Assembly: GCA_002952755.1 (NCBI GenBank)
Contig: CP025011.1
Coordinates: 360,001 to 392,000 of the forward strand
DNA: 32,000 nt
Direction: 5' to 3'
DNA from: Candidatus Saccharimonadota bacterium
Lineage (GTDB): Bacteria > Patescibacteriota > Saccharimonadia > Saccharimonadales > UBA4665
In this document: positions 17,433-27,844 of the stretch, piece after piece
Numbering within the stretch: position 1 is the first letter of the stretch
How the letters are laid out: every line of letters starts with the position of its first letter
The notes under the pieces: generated by a model
What the model was told of the DNA's origin: nothing
The model's input: only the letters and a program-made list of their open reading frames with translations
Database searches by the model: none
Position numbers and translations under genes: made by a program

Positions 17433-18235
17433 TTTCTTTGACCGATACACATTGTCATATTCATGACATTCTGGGGACGGATGACGTTGCGAAAAAGTGG
17501 CATAAGTCGGGTGCTCACGATCCGGATATATTGGTACGCACCGCGAAAGATGCTGGCGTTGATCGCCTAATCTGTGTAGGATGCACACTTGCCGATAGCC
17601 GGCTGGCAGTCGACTTTGCCGCCAAACACGCAACCGTCTGGGCGAGTATCGGTATGCACCCCCACGAGGCAAAGGTATATGTTGATGATGTTAAGGCTCG
17701 GGATGATTTTGCGGCCCTAGCTAGGGCCGCAAAAGTAGTCGCCGTCGGTGAATGCGGCCTCGATTATTTCTACGCCCATTCGCCTAAAGAAGCTCAGGAA
17801 GCTATATTGCGCTTTCAGATAGAGCTGGCGCTTGAGCACAATCTGCCGCTCATCTTTCATGTGCGCGAGGCGTTTAATGATTTTTGGCCGATATTCGACT
17901 CGTACAAGGGTATCAGGGGCGTTATTCATAGTTTTAGTGCTACGCAGGCAGAGTTGGAGCAGATACTGTCCAGAGGGCTGTACGTGGGCCTGAACGGTAT
18001 CATGACATTTACTAAACACGTTAAGCAATTGGATGCTGCCAAAGCCGTACCTCTTGATAGGTTACTCCTTGAAACCGACGCGCCATTCTTGACTCCGCAA
18101 CCATTTCGTAGTAGTATCTGTGAGCCAAGACATGTGCGGGTGACGGCGGAATTTTTGGCCAACCTTCGCGCTGAATCGCTCGAAGCGTTAGCCGCTGCCT
18201 CCACTCAAAATGCACGTAACTTGTTCCATATTTAG
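17429..18235 (+). CDS. tatD: TatD family metal-dependent hydrolase/DNase
   Basis: ATGA overlap with the upstream gene. N-terminal DTHCHI, then GECGLDY, IFHVREA, GVIHSF and LLLETDAPFLTP. Confidence 0.9.
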   Translation: MISLTDTHCHIHDILGTDDVAKKWHKSGAHDPDILVRTAKDAGVDRLICVGCTLADSRLAVDFAAKHATVWASIGMHPHEAKVYVDDVKARDDFAALARAAKVVAVGECGLDYFYAHSPKEAQEAILRFQIELALEHNLPLIFHVREAFNDFWPIFDSYKGIRGVIHSFSATQAELEQILSRGLYVGLNGIMTFTKHVKQLDAAKAVPLDRLLLETDAPFLTPQPFRSSICEPRHVRVTAEFLANLRAESLEALAAASTQNARNLFHI

Positions 18236-18243
18236 GACATCTT

Positions 18244-18516
18244 ATGCGAAATCACCCATCTTTAGACCCCGAGTCCCGCACTCAGCACAGAACGCCTTCT
18301 GGCGCTGCTGGTGAGCGATTGGATGTATTGGAAGATGCAGTCAAACTAACTGTTCCCTCCTTAGAAGTACTAGAGGCTATCCATACCGGGCCGAATCCTG
18401 ATGGAATTGAGGCGAATCCCGTACCTGATGATGTACGCACTCTTTCCACCGATGGCGCAGTCGCAATAGTGCGCGCTGCTCAATACACACAGGATCAGTT
18501 AGATGTCGCTGCTTAA
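18244..18516 (+). CDS. Small acidic hypothetical protein (90 aa)
   Basis: ORF 8 nt after the tatD stop on the same strand. No recognisable motifs. Confidence 0.4.
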   Translation: MRNHPSLDPESRTQHRTPSGAAGERLDVLEDAVKLTVPSLEVLEAIHTGPNPDGIEANPVPDDVRTLSTDGAVAIVRAAQYTQDQLDVAA

Positions 18517-18874
18517 GATTTTAACCACCACTTCAGACCAGCGCCACGCCGAGAAACACGCTCGGGAATATCGTGACCTTATTCGGCGCGAAGCAAAGAT
18601 TGGTGGGCGTATTTTCGGGCCAGTCCCAAAAGGAGGCCGGCGCGAGTTTTTTTGCCTAGACAAGCGCACATGGGTATGGCACGAGGAATGGGTTGATGCC
18701 GCCGGCCAGCGCCACGCCGTCACGACGCGCTACGACGTTCGCTCTAACGGTGTTTTTAAAGCCCAAGACGGCCATCCATATCAGATATTGAGCCCTGACG
18801 AAGCGCGGCATCTCAAAAAAGCTGTGCTTATGTACAATGACTTGGTAAAAAGCGAAATCTACAGCCGCGTTTAG
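18503..18874 (+). CDS. Hypothetical protein (123 aa) with a Trp-rich motif
   Basis: Overlaps the previous ORF by 14 nt. Contains the motif REFFCLDKRTWVWHEEW. The family is not recognised. Confidence 0.5.
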   Translation: MSLLKILTTTSDQRHAEKHAREYRDLIRREAKIGGRIFGPVPKGGRREFFCLDKRTWVWHEEWVDAAGQRHAVTTRYDVRSNGVFKAQDGHPYQILSPDEARHLKKAVLMYNDLVKSEIYSRV

Positions 18875-18887
18875 TACACTACAAAGT

Positions 18888-20024
18888 ATGAAGCAGATCT
18901 ATCTCGACTATGCGGCGGCCACGCCGCTTGATCCGGCTGTATTGCAGGCCATGCAACCGTTTTTTGTCGAGCAATTTTTCAATCCGTCGGCAACGTATAG
19001 CGCTGCACAAAAAGTCCGAGCCGAGCTAGAGGCTGCTCGAGCAACAATTGCTCACTGGCTTGGCGCCCGGCCGAGCGAAGTCATTTTTACCGCGGGCGGC
19101 ACCGAGGCAAACAATATCGCCATCCGCGGCGTAATGGCACAGTATCCCGAAGGTAATGTGGTGATAAGCGCCATTGAGCACGAGTCGGTACTGGCTACCG
19201 CGCATGAGTTCGATTGCCGCGAAGCAAAGGTAACTGCCGACGGCGTCGTCGACGTTGATCAGCTCATGCGCCTTATTGACGATAAAACCGTGCTGGTGAG
19301 CGTTATGTACGCCAATAACGAGATGGGTGCTATTCAGCCACTGCGCAATATCACTCAAGCTATAGAGGGTATCCGGAAACAGCGGCGGGAGCAAGGCAAT
19401 AGCCTGCCTTTGTATGTGCACACCGATGCCGCCCAGGCTGCTGCCTACTTGGATCTGCATGTGGCGCGTTTGAGAGTTGATTTGTTGACGATTAATGGCG
19501 GCAAGATCTATGGACCAAAGCAATCTGGCGCGTTGTTTGTGGGTGCTCATGTCAGGCTCAAACCGCAGATTACCGGTGGTGGCCAGGAGGGGAACATCCG
19601 CAGCGGTACCGAAAATGTGGCTGGGTGCGTTGGCCTGGCCACGGCGCTGCAGCTCGTGCAGGAGCGGCGGCATGAGGAAGGCAAGCGGTTGCACCATCTC
19701 CAGCAATTATTTTTCGATGCCTTACACGCCGAAATTCCATCAGTGATCGTAAACGGCTCGCGCAAAAGCCGTCTGCCAAACAATGTGCACATTACCATTC
19801 CCGGCCAAGATAATGAGCGCCTGATTTTTGCCCTAGACGAGCAAGGTATTTTATGCGCAGCTGGTTCGGCCTGCAGCGCAAGCAACGAAGAGCCATCGCA
19901 TGTGCTGCAGGCAATGGGCATTAGTGTCGCCGACGCCCAGTCCTCTCTCCGCTTTACAATGGGTCGAGCTACGACTCAAGCTGCTATTCGGACGGCGGTC
20001 GTCGAATTAAAGAAGTTACTATAA
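18888..20024 (+). CDS. Cysteine desulfurase (class V aminotransferase, NifS/IscS-like)
   Basis: IYLDYAAATPLDP, TAGGTEANN, PLP-Lys region INGGKIYGPKQ, RSGTENV, and an active-site Cys loop AAGSACSASN. Confidence 0.85.
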   Translation: MKQIYLDYAAATPLDPAVLQAMQPFFVEQFFNPSATYSAAQKVRAELEAARATIAHWLGARPSEVIFTAGGTEANNIAIRGVMAQYPEGNVVISAIEHESVLATAHEFDCREAKVTADGVVDVDQLMRLIDDKTVLVSVMYANNEMGAIQPLRNITQAIEGIRKQRREQGNSLPLYVHTDAAQAAAYLDLHVARLRVDLLTINGGKIYGPKQSGALFVGAHVRLKPQITGGGQEGNIRSGTENVAGCVGLATALQLVQERRHEEGKRLHHLQQLFFDALHAEIPSVIVNGSRKSRLPNNVHITIPGQDNERLIFALDEQGILCAAGSACSASNEEPSHVLQAMGISVADAQSSLRFTMGRATTQAAIRTAVVELKKLL

Positions 20025-20143
20025 GGTCAGACCCCCAAGCTAGCACTCCATCTCGTTTTGACCTCTATCGCCGTTAATCTTCTTTTATCTTTTACATAAT
20101 TAAGTGCCTTTAAGGTGTGGAATTCGTTTTTTTTCTAAACAGG

Positions 20144-20192
20144 ATCTGTAGCAGATATACAGATGCTTCAAAATTGTGGAGTATCTGTATAT
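20144..20192. promoter_or_regulatory. Cluster of four CAGAT/ATCTG pentamers, including a 10-bp perfect inverted repeat (candidate operator or RNA switch)
   Basis: ATCTG 20144-20148, CAGAT 20152-20156, CAGAT 20160-20164, ATCTG 20183-20187. ATATACAGAT (20155-20164) is the exact reverse complement of ATCTGTATAT (20183-20192). The cluster lies 130-175 nt upstream of the first ATPase-cluster gene. Confidence 0.3.
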
Positions 20193-20319
20193 GGTCGTCG
20201 CCAGACGTCTATCCGTCAATTAAAAGAATCGGTACACGCATAACGCACCTGCGGTATGGCGGGGCCGTTTTGTCTACTCTAGCTACGTTTTTTCATAAAA
20301 CCGCTATACTGATAGAGAG

Positions 20320-21138
20320 ATGAAACATAAGCGGATCTTGCGTGGTGCAATCATAGGTATTGCATTGTTGACAATGGGCATCGGGGCTGGCGTATCCGCG
20401 CAGAATGTCACTCAAGGGTACAAGCCGAGCGGCGATTTGCAAAATGGTATGATTGTGCGCTTTAAGCCGGGTGAGCCGGGTACGGTTGAGGCGCTAGATC
20501 AGAAGAATGAGCTGAGCATGCTGGGCATTACGGTTGCTTCATCGGATTCACCCGTTTCGCTGTCCGATCCTAATCAGTCGCAGATTTTCGTCGCGACCTA
20601 TGGTGAGTACGACACATTGGTAAGTACCCAGAACGGGCCGATCAAAGCAGGCGATCGTATCTCTATCTCATCAGTCAACGGCGTAGGTATGAAGGCTGAC
20701 GATCAGCATCGGGTGATACTGGGTAAAGCAATACAGAACTTTGCCGATAGCTCCAATGCCGAAGAGCACATCAAGCTGGGGGGCGGCCAGACAGTGGCGG
20801 TTGGCCGTATTGTAGTGGACGTTGGCGTTGCCCGTAATCCTGCGTATATTGGCGACATCACTCCCGGAGTGCCGGTATTTTTGGCGAAAGCGGCGCGCGC
20901 AGTAAGCGGTAGGTCGGTTACTGCACTGAGGATATATGCTGGGCTTGGCGTACTTGTTTTGGCGTTGATTATTGCAGGTATCATTCTGTTTGGCGGCGCG
21001 CGCAGCGGCATGAATGCGGTGGGGCGTAACCCGTTGGCTAAAAAGTCGATCTTCCGGAGCATGGTTACGGTGGTGCTTATGGCTTTAATTGTTGTGGTGT
21101 TGGGTATATTTGCGTTATATTTATTACTGAAGATTTAA
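20320..21138 (+). CDS. Secreted-domain protein with a C-terminal two-helix hairpin resembling an ATP synthase c subunit but lacking the carboxylate
   Basis: Signal peptide MKHKRILRGAIIGIALLTMGIGAGVSA-QN, then about 170 aa of hydrophilic domain, then TM (AGLGVLVLALIIAGIILFGG), loop ARSGMNAVGRNPLAKK, and TM (SIFRSMVTVVLMALIVVVLGIFALYLLLKI). Neither helix contains Asp or Glu. Confidence 0.7.
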   Translation: MKHKRILRGAIIGIALLTMGIGAGVSAQNVTQGYKPSGDLQNGMIVRFKPGEPGTVEALDQKNELSMLGITVASSDSPVSLSDPNQSQIFVATYGEYDTLVSTQNGPIKAGDRISISSVNGVGMKADDQHRVILGKAIQNFADSSNAEEHIKLGGGQTVAVGRIVVDVGVARNPAYIGDITPGVPVFLAKAARAVSGRSVTALRIYAGLGVLVLALIIAGIILFGGARSGMNAVGRNPLAKKSIFRSMVTVVLMALIVVVLGIFALYLLLKI

Positions 21139-21157
21139 TGCTTATGCTTAGCACAGG

Positions 21158-21278
21158 AGGACCTACGTACTTGGCACATTTTGGCTCGCAAGCTGTGCTC
21201 CGCACTCGCCGTACCTTAAGTACGACTCCTTTGCGGTGCTCGCTTGCAAACCAAACTGCACTCAAGTACGTAGGTCCT
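21158..21278 (+). repeat. 121-nt imperfect palindrome / extended intercistronic RNA hairpin
   Basis: Perfect 16-bp outer stem AGGACCTACGTACTTG (21158-21173) / CAAGTACGTAGGTCCT (21263-21278). Inner helices: 21181-21193/21242-21254 (11 of 13 positions paired), 21197-21204/21232-21239 (7 of 8 paired), and 21210-21214/21220-21224 (CGTAC/GTACG, loop CTTAA). Confidence 0.7.
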
Positions 21279-21310
21279 GGCGCGTCCGAGATCATAGAGA
21301 GCGCAGAGAC

Positions 21311-21928
21311 ATGAGTATTTGGTGGTTGGCGCTGGTGATCGGGGCGATTGTGTCGATGGGGAGCGGCTTTATTTGGCTGGCGCTGCAGCTTGGAGGAGCC
21401 AAGCCGCGAAAAAAAGCTGCCGATTCGTTTGAAGATGCCGCCAAGGAAGACGTTGAGCATATCTTTAACGAAGAGTTTCGTGAGGAGTTGCGCAACCGTG
21501 GACGGTTGCATTTTGAGAAGATTTTGGGCGAAAACGCAATGTTTTTGCAGCAGGATTTACGCCTGACTACAGCTCAGCTCAACGACTACATGAAGGGCGA
21601 GATCAGCAAAGATTTGAAGGAAGCTTTCGCTAATTACCAGAACGCGATTACTGATGCCAAGCAGTTAGCGGTGGAATCTATCGAGAAAACCAAGACGGCC
21701 ATCGACGAAGAGCGGGCGGGATTGGTCGCCCTGCTGGAAAAAGAAGTCGGCGAAGAAAAAGAGCGCCGCATTCAACAGTTTGATACGCACTTGGCTCAGA
21801 TTGTGAACCATTACGTACTGGCGGCCATTGGCAATCAGATTGACTTGAATGATCAGCTGGAGTACATCCTGAACGAACTGGAGGCCAACAAAGCGGCTAT
21901 TATCAAGGATGTCCGCGGTGGAGCATAA
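21311..21928 (+). CDS. atpF: ATP synthase b-like peripheral stalk subunit (single N-terminal TM plus long charged helix)
   Basis: Start at ATG 21311 (MSIWWLALVIGAIVSMGSGFIWLALQL), followed by about 170 aa of E/K/A/Q-rich helical sequence. The assignment rests on architecture and position before the delta-like gene, not on strong motifs. Confidence 0.6.
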   Translation: MSIWWLALVIGAIVSMGSGFIWLALQLGGAKPRKKAADSFEDAAKEDVEHIFNEEFREELRNRGRLHFEKILGENAMFLQQDLRLTTAQLNDYMKGEISKDLKEAFANYQNAITDAKQLAVESIEKTKTAIDEERAGLVALLEKEVGEEKERRIQQFDTHLAQIVNHYVLAAIGNQIDLNDQLEYILNELEANKAAIIKDVRGGA

Positions 21929-22493
21929 ACAGGACGCTGCCATAAGTCGGCAATTCGTACTACCGACACTTATTTTTGGCTTGCCTGAAGTGCGACGCCT
22001 GAAGAGAGAGTTAGAATCGCTCGATGATTTTTTACGTCAGAGTACTATCCGTGACCCGGGCCGACAGCCTCAATTGCCGCGTTTGAGCCGGCTGTGCGAG
22101 GCATTGGCTGCCGAGAACGGTCTTAATTTACTACAGGAGGCAGACCGTCAGCAGCTCCAGGCTTTTTTAGGTTCTCTTGAGGGTCAAGCACCAACGTTGC
22201 ATATCAGTTTTGCGGCTGATCCATCATCGGCCTTTACGGCTAAGATCGTTACCTGGCTGCGGACGCAGATTCATCCCTACGCACTGCTGCAGGTAGGGCT
22301 GCAGCCTACTATCGCCGCAGGGTGTATTGTGCGGACAGCAAATAAAGAATTTGACTTAAGCTTGGGGCAGGAATTTATCAAGCATGAAAATCTGTTGCTG
22401 CAGGCTTTTGAAGCGGAGGCGGTTCTGCCGGTGGCTCAAGCAGCTGAAGCCGCTCCGCCGCAACCTACTATTCCTACGGCGGAGGTTGCTTAA
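21909..22493 (+). CDS. atpH: ATP synthase delta (OSCP)-like subunit, divergent
   Basis: The C-terminal part (LHISFAADPSSAFTAKIVTWLRTQIHPYALLQVGLQPTIAAGCIVRTANKEFDLSL) follows the OSCP C-terminal domain pattern. The N-terminus is not recognisable and there is a Pro/Ala-rich tail. Overlaps the b-like gene by 20 nt. Confidence 0.55.
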   Translation: MSAVEHKQDAAISRQFVLPTLIFGLPEVRRLKRELESLDDFLRQSTIRDPGRQPQLPRLSRLCEALAAENGLNLLQEADRQQLQAFLGSLEGQAPTLHISFAADPSSAFTAKIVTWLRTQIHPYALLQVGLQPTIAAGCIVRTANKEFDLSLGQEFIKHENLLLQAFEAEAVLPVAQAAEAAPPQPTIPTAEVA

Positions 22494-22494
22494 G

Positions 22495-24029
22495 ATGAGC
22501 GACAACAAGCATTTTGACCAACTCGTTGCCAGTGGTAAACCTGTTGGCGAAGTCGTGGCCATAGATCGTTTTATGATCAAGGTCAAAGGTATGCAGCCTT
22601 GTAATTTGCACGCTTTGATTATGTTCGAGGATGGCAGCAAAGGGTACGTGCACCACATATTCGACACTTACATGATTATTTTGCATCTCGGCACCAAGTC
22701 TGTGCGCGTGGGTTCTGCCTGCGTGCTGCAATATGAGCAGTTAGTGACTAAAGTGGGCATGGATTTTGTGGGCCGAGTTGTATCGGTAACTGGCGAACCC
22801 TTGGACGGCAAAGGACCGATCGCGGCCGATGGTGTCTTGCCAGTTTTTTCACCCGCACCGATGTTATACGAGCGAGAATTGCTCGATAAGCCGCTTGAGA
22901 CGGGGGTCACCGTTCTGGATACGCTTTTTGCCCTGATGCGCGGTCAGCGTATTGCTGTCCTGGGCGATGGGAAGTCGGGTAAGAGCACGCTGGCGACGCA
23001 GCTGGCGATCAACCAAAAAAATACCGATATTACCACCGTGTACGTGATGATTGCCAAACGCCGTACCGATATCGACACGCTTATTTCCCGGCTAGAAGCC
23101 AGTGATGCACTCAAGAAAACAATCGTGGTAGTCTCCACTATGTCTGATTCGCTGGTACAAAGCTATCTGGCGCCATATGTCGGCTGCGCGTTGGCCGAAT
23201 ATATCTGGCAACACAAAGATCAGGACGCGTTGATTATCTATGACGACCTCACTGCTCACGCCCACGCTTACCGCGAAATGGCCTTGCTCACAGGCAGCAG
23301 TCCTGGCCGCGACAGTTACCCTGGCGATATGTTTTACGTCCACTCCAGCCTACTGGAGCGTGCTGGCAAGTTAAACCGCAACCACAAAACGCTCACCAGC
23401 ATCCCGATGGTCTTTGCCGCTAGCGGCGACATTGCCGCGTACCTGCCCACCAACGTCATGTCGATTACCGATGGCCAGTGGATTCTAGACATGAAGATTT
23501 TCCGCGATACGATGCGCCCAGCCGTGAATGCCGGTTTGAGCGTCTCACGTGTCGGTGGCCGCGGCCAAACCAAGCGTCAGCAAGATCAAGCCGGGGCGTT
23601 GTTTAAGGCGATTACGGCGCACCATACGGCTCAGGAATTCGCTCGTTTTGGATCGGAGCTGGCAGTGAGTGCACAGACGGATCTGGTGCGCGGGGAGCTC
23701 CTCTACAAATTACTCAACCAGATTCCCGGTGAAAACTATAACTTTAAAGAGCAAACGCTGATGCTCGATATTGCTCTCAATATCTCTATTGACGAACAGA
23801 TTAACGTTGAAGGACTCAAGAAAAATGTTCGCGAGATGGCCGTTAAGCTCAAAGATGACGACAGCAATTTCGACCAACTCCGCGACGAACTTAAGAAGGC
23901 CAGTTTAATTAGCATTGCCGCCAAACCTGCGCCAACTCCAGCTGCTCCTGGCGAGCCCGCAAACACCGACAAAGAAAAAGAAAAGGACAAGAAGAAAGAC
24001 GACAAAAAAGACAAAGAAAAGGCCGCAGC

Positions 24030-24033
<4 letters not shown>
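22495..24033 (+). CDS. atpA: F-type ATPase alpha subunit with a K/D/E-rich C-terminal tail
   Basis: ATG 22495 lies 1 nt after the delta-like stop. GDGKSGKST P-loop, ALIIYDDLTAHAHAYREMALL, PGRDSYPGDMFYVHSSLLERAGKL, SITDGQWIL. Confidence 0.9.
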
Positions 24034-26514
<2,481 letters not shown>

Positions 26515-26551
26515 AACTGATCGTGGCGGGTTTACAAATCTTATAATCAAA

Positions 26552-27712
26552 CTACAATGTTTCGACATCAGGGTTTGAGTATTCGTTCGGGACGACCACG
26601 CAGGGACGAATGCCGCCTTTTGCCGTGACGGGATTCACACTGTGGTAAATCAAGGTACGATTACGGCTGGCAAACTGCATGGTGCGTATTTCGGTCCTGC
26701 CGGTGGTTTCATCACCAATCCTCACATCTTCATCGCCATATGTAATTGTGCCTTGATCGACAGCAATATCCCCTCGGTCCAGTCGCAATATTTGTAGGGC
26801 TAGGTATGCGCTCGTTGGCGGAGAGAATTGTCTTGCCAAAACTTCGGCTTTCGCATCCGCACCAGCAGTCGGAAGGTTTCTTAGAAGATCGAATGCTTGT
26901 CTTGCCTTGGCGCCAAAACGTCCGTCTGCACTTACGTCTGACAGAACGGGATATTCAGCACCGCTAATGACAGCCGCACCCCAACGTGGTCCTGTGTAAG
27001 GTTTCGCCGTATTTTCTTGTTCACCGTGCATACGGTCAATGCCGTCGGCGGTAGCCTTCCCGAAGGTGCCCTTAAAGAGCTTCCTCGATTGGTCAAAGCT
27101 TAGCCCCATAGGAACGTAGACGATCTCTGGCTCCCACCCATGTTTCTTCATAGCTTCATAGGTTTCTGTCAGCTGTGCAAGTGAGTCGCCAAAAGTCGTA
27201 AGTGGGGGCATACGGTGCACTTCTGGCAACACACCGTCTGCTATCTTACCTTCAATAATCTGGAACATGCTGAAAGCCCTAATAGCTTTTTCCCGGAGAT
27301 CTTCTTGTAAGTCTGGAAACACCTCAGGATCGGCAATAACATCCTCAGCGCTATTATATCTTTTAGGGATGGATAGAGGATCTATGACTTCTGCTTCCGT
27401 TAGTCTTTGTGACAGTCGATCTGCCTGCGCTCCCAATCCGTCTATGTCCTCAGATGTTTCGTCTCGCACATCACTCGTCTGGGTGAAATCCGGAAAAACA
27501 CCGACACGATCAATGCTTTGCCTGAACATCGCGTAAGCCTCCTGTTGAACGGCTCGTAAAGAGACGAGGTCTGCTGGCAACGTAGGATAGCGCATAGTGA
27601 GCTCCAGCATTTTACCGGCGGCCTCGGCATAATCGTACGCGTCATTTGCCGCATACGCTGCTGCCATACTCAATTCGCCTTCGTTCGGCAGTCCACTAAC
27701 TTCTGACATCAC
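26552..27712 (-). CDS. Hypothetical cytoplasmic-looking protein (386 aa), unknown family
   Basis: Long ORF with SD GAGGTG 5 nt upstream of the ATG. No signal peptide or TM segment, and no motifs recognised. Confidence 0.6.
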   Translation of the reverse strand: MMSEVSGLPNEGELSMAAAYAANDAYDYAEAAGKMLELTMRYPTLPADLVSLRAVQQEAYAMFRQSIDRVGVFPDFTQTSDVRDETSEDIDGLGAQADRLSQRLTEAEVIDPLSIPKRYNSAEDVIADPEVFPDLQEDLREKAIRAFSMFQIIEGKIADGVLPEVHRMPPLTTFGDSLAQLTETYEAMKKHGWEPEIVYVPMGLSFDQSRKLFKGTFGKATADGIDRMHGEQENTAKPYTGPRWGAAVISGAEYPVLSDVSADGRFGAKARQAFDLLRNLPTAGADAKAEVLARQFSPPTSAYLALQILRLDRGDIAVDQGTITYGDEDVRIGDETTGRTEIRTMQFASRNRTLIYHSVNPVTAKGGIRPCVVVPNEYSNPDVETL

Positions 27713-27844
27713 AGCACCTCAAGTTAAGTATTATATTATAGCATAGGGCGGTAGATATGTAAATAACTAAACTGTAGTGAATAGATGGTAAGTCGCTATG
27801 CCTTGATTGTATATAATAAGGTATTATGTTATAGTAATATATCT

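Noticed and set aside
20117-20323. 68-aa ORF (GTG start) ending in an ATGA overlap with the first ATPase-cluster gene; considered as an AtpI/AtpZ-like small subunit
   Set aside because: It is not hydrophobic enough for AtpI/AtpZ, and AAGG sits only 2 nt from the GTG. It also runs through a T8 run and the CAGAT repeat cluster, so it is more likely non-coding leader. It could be revisited with expression data.
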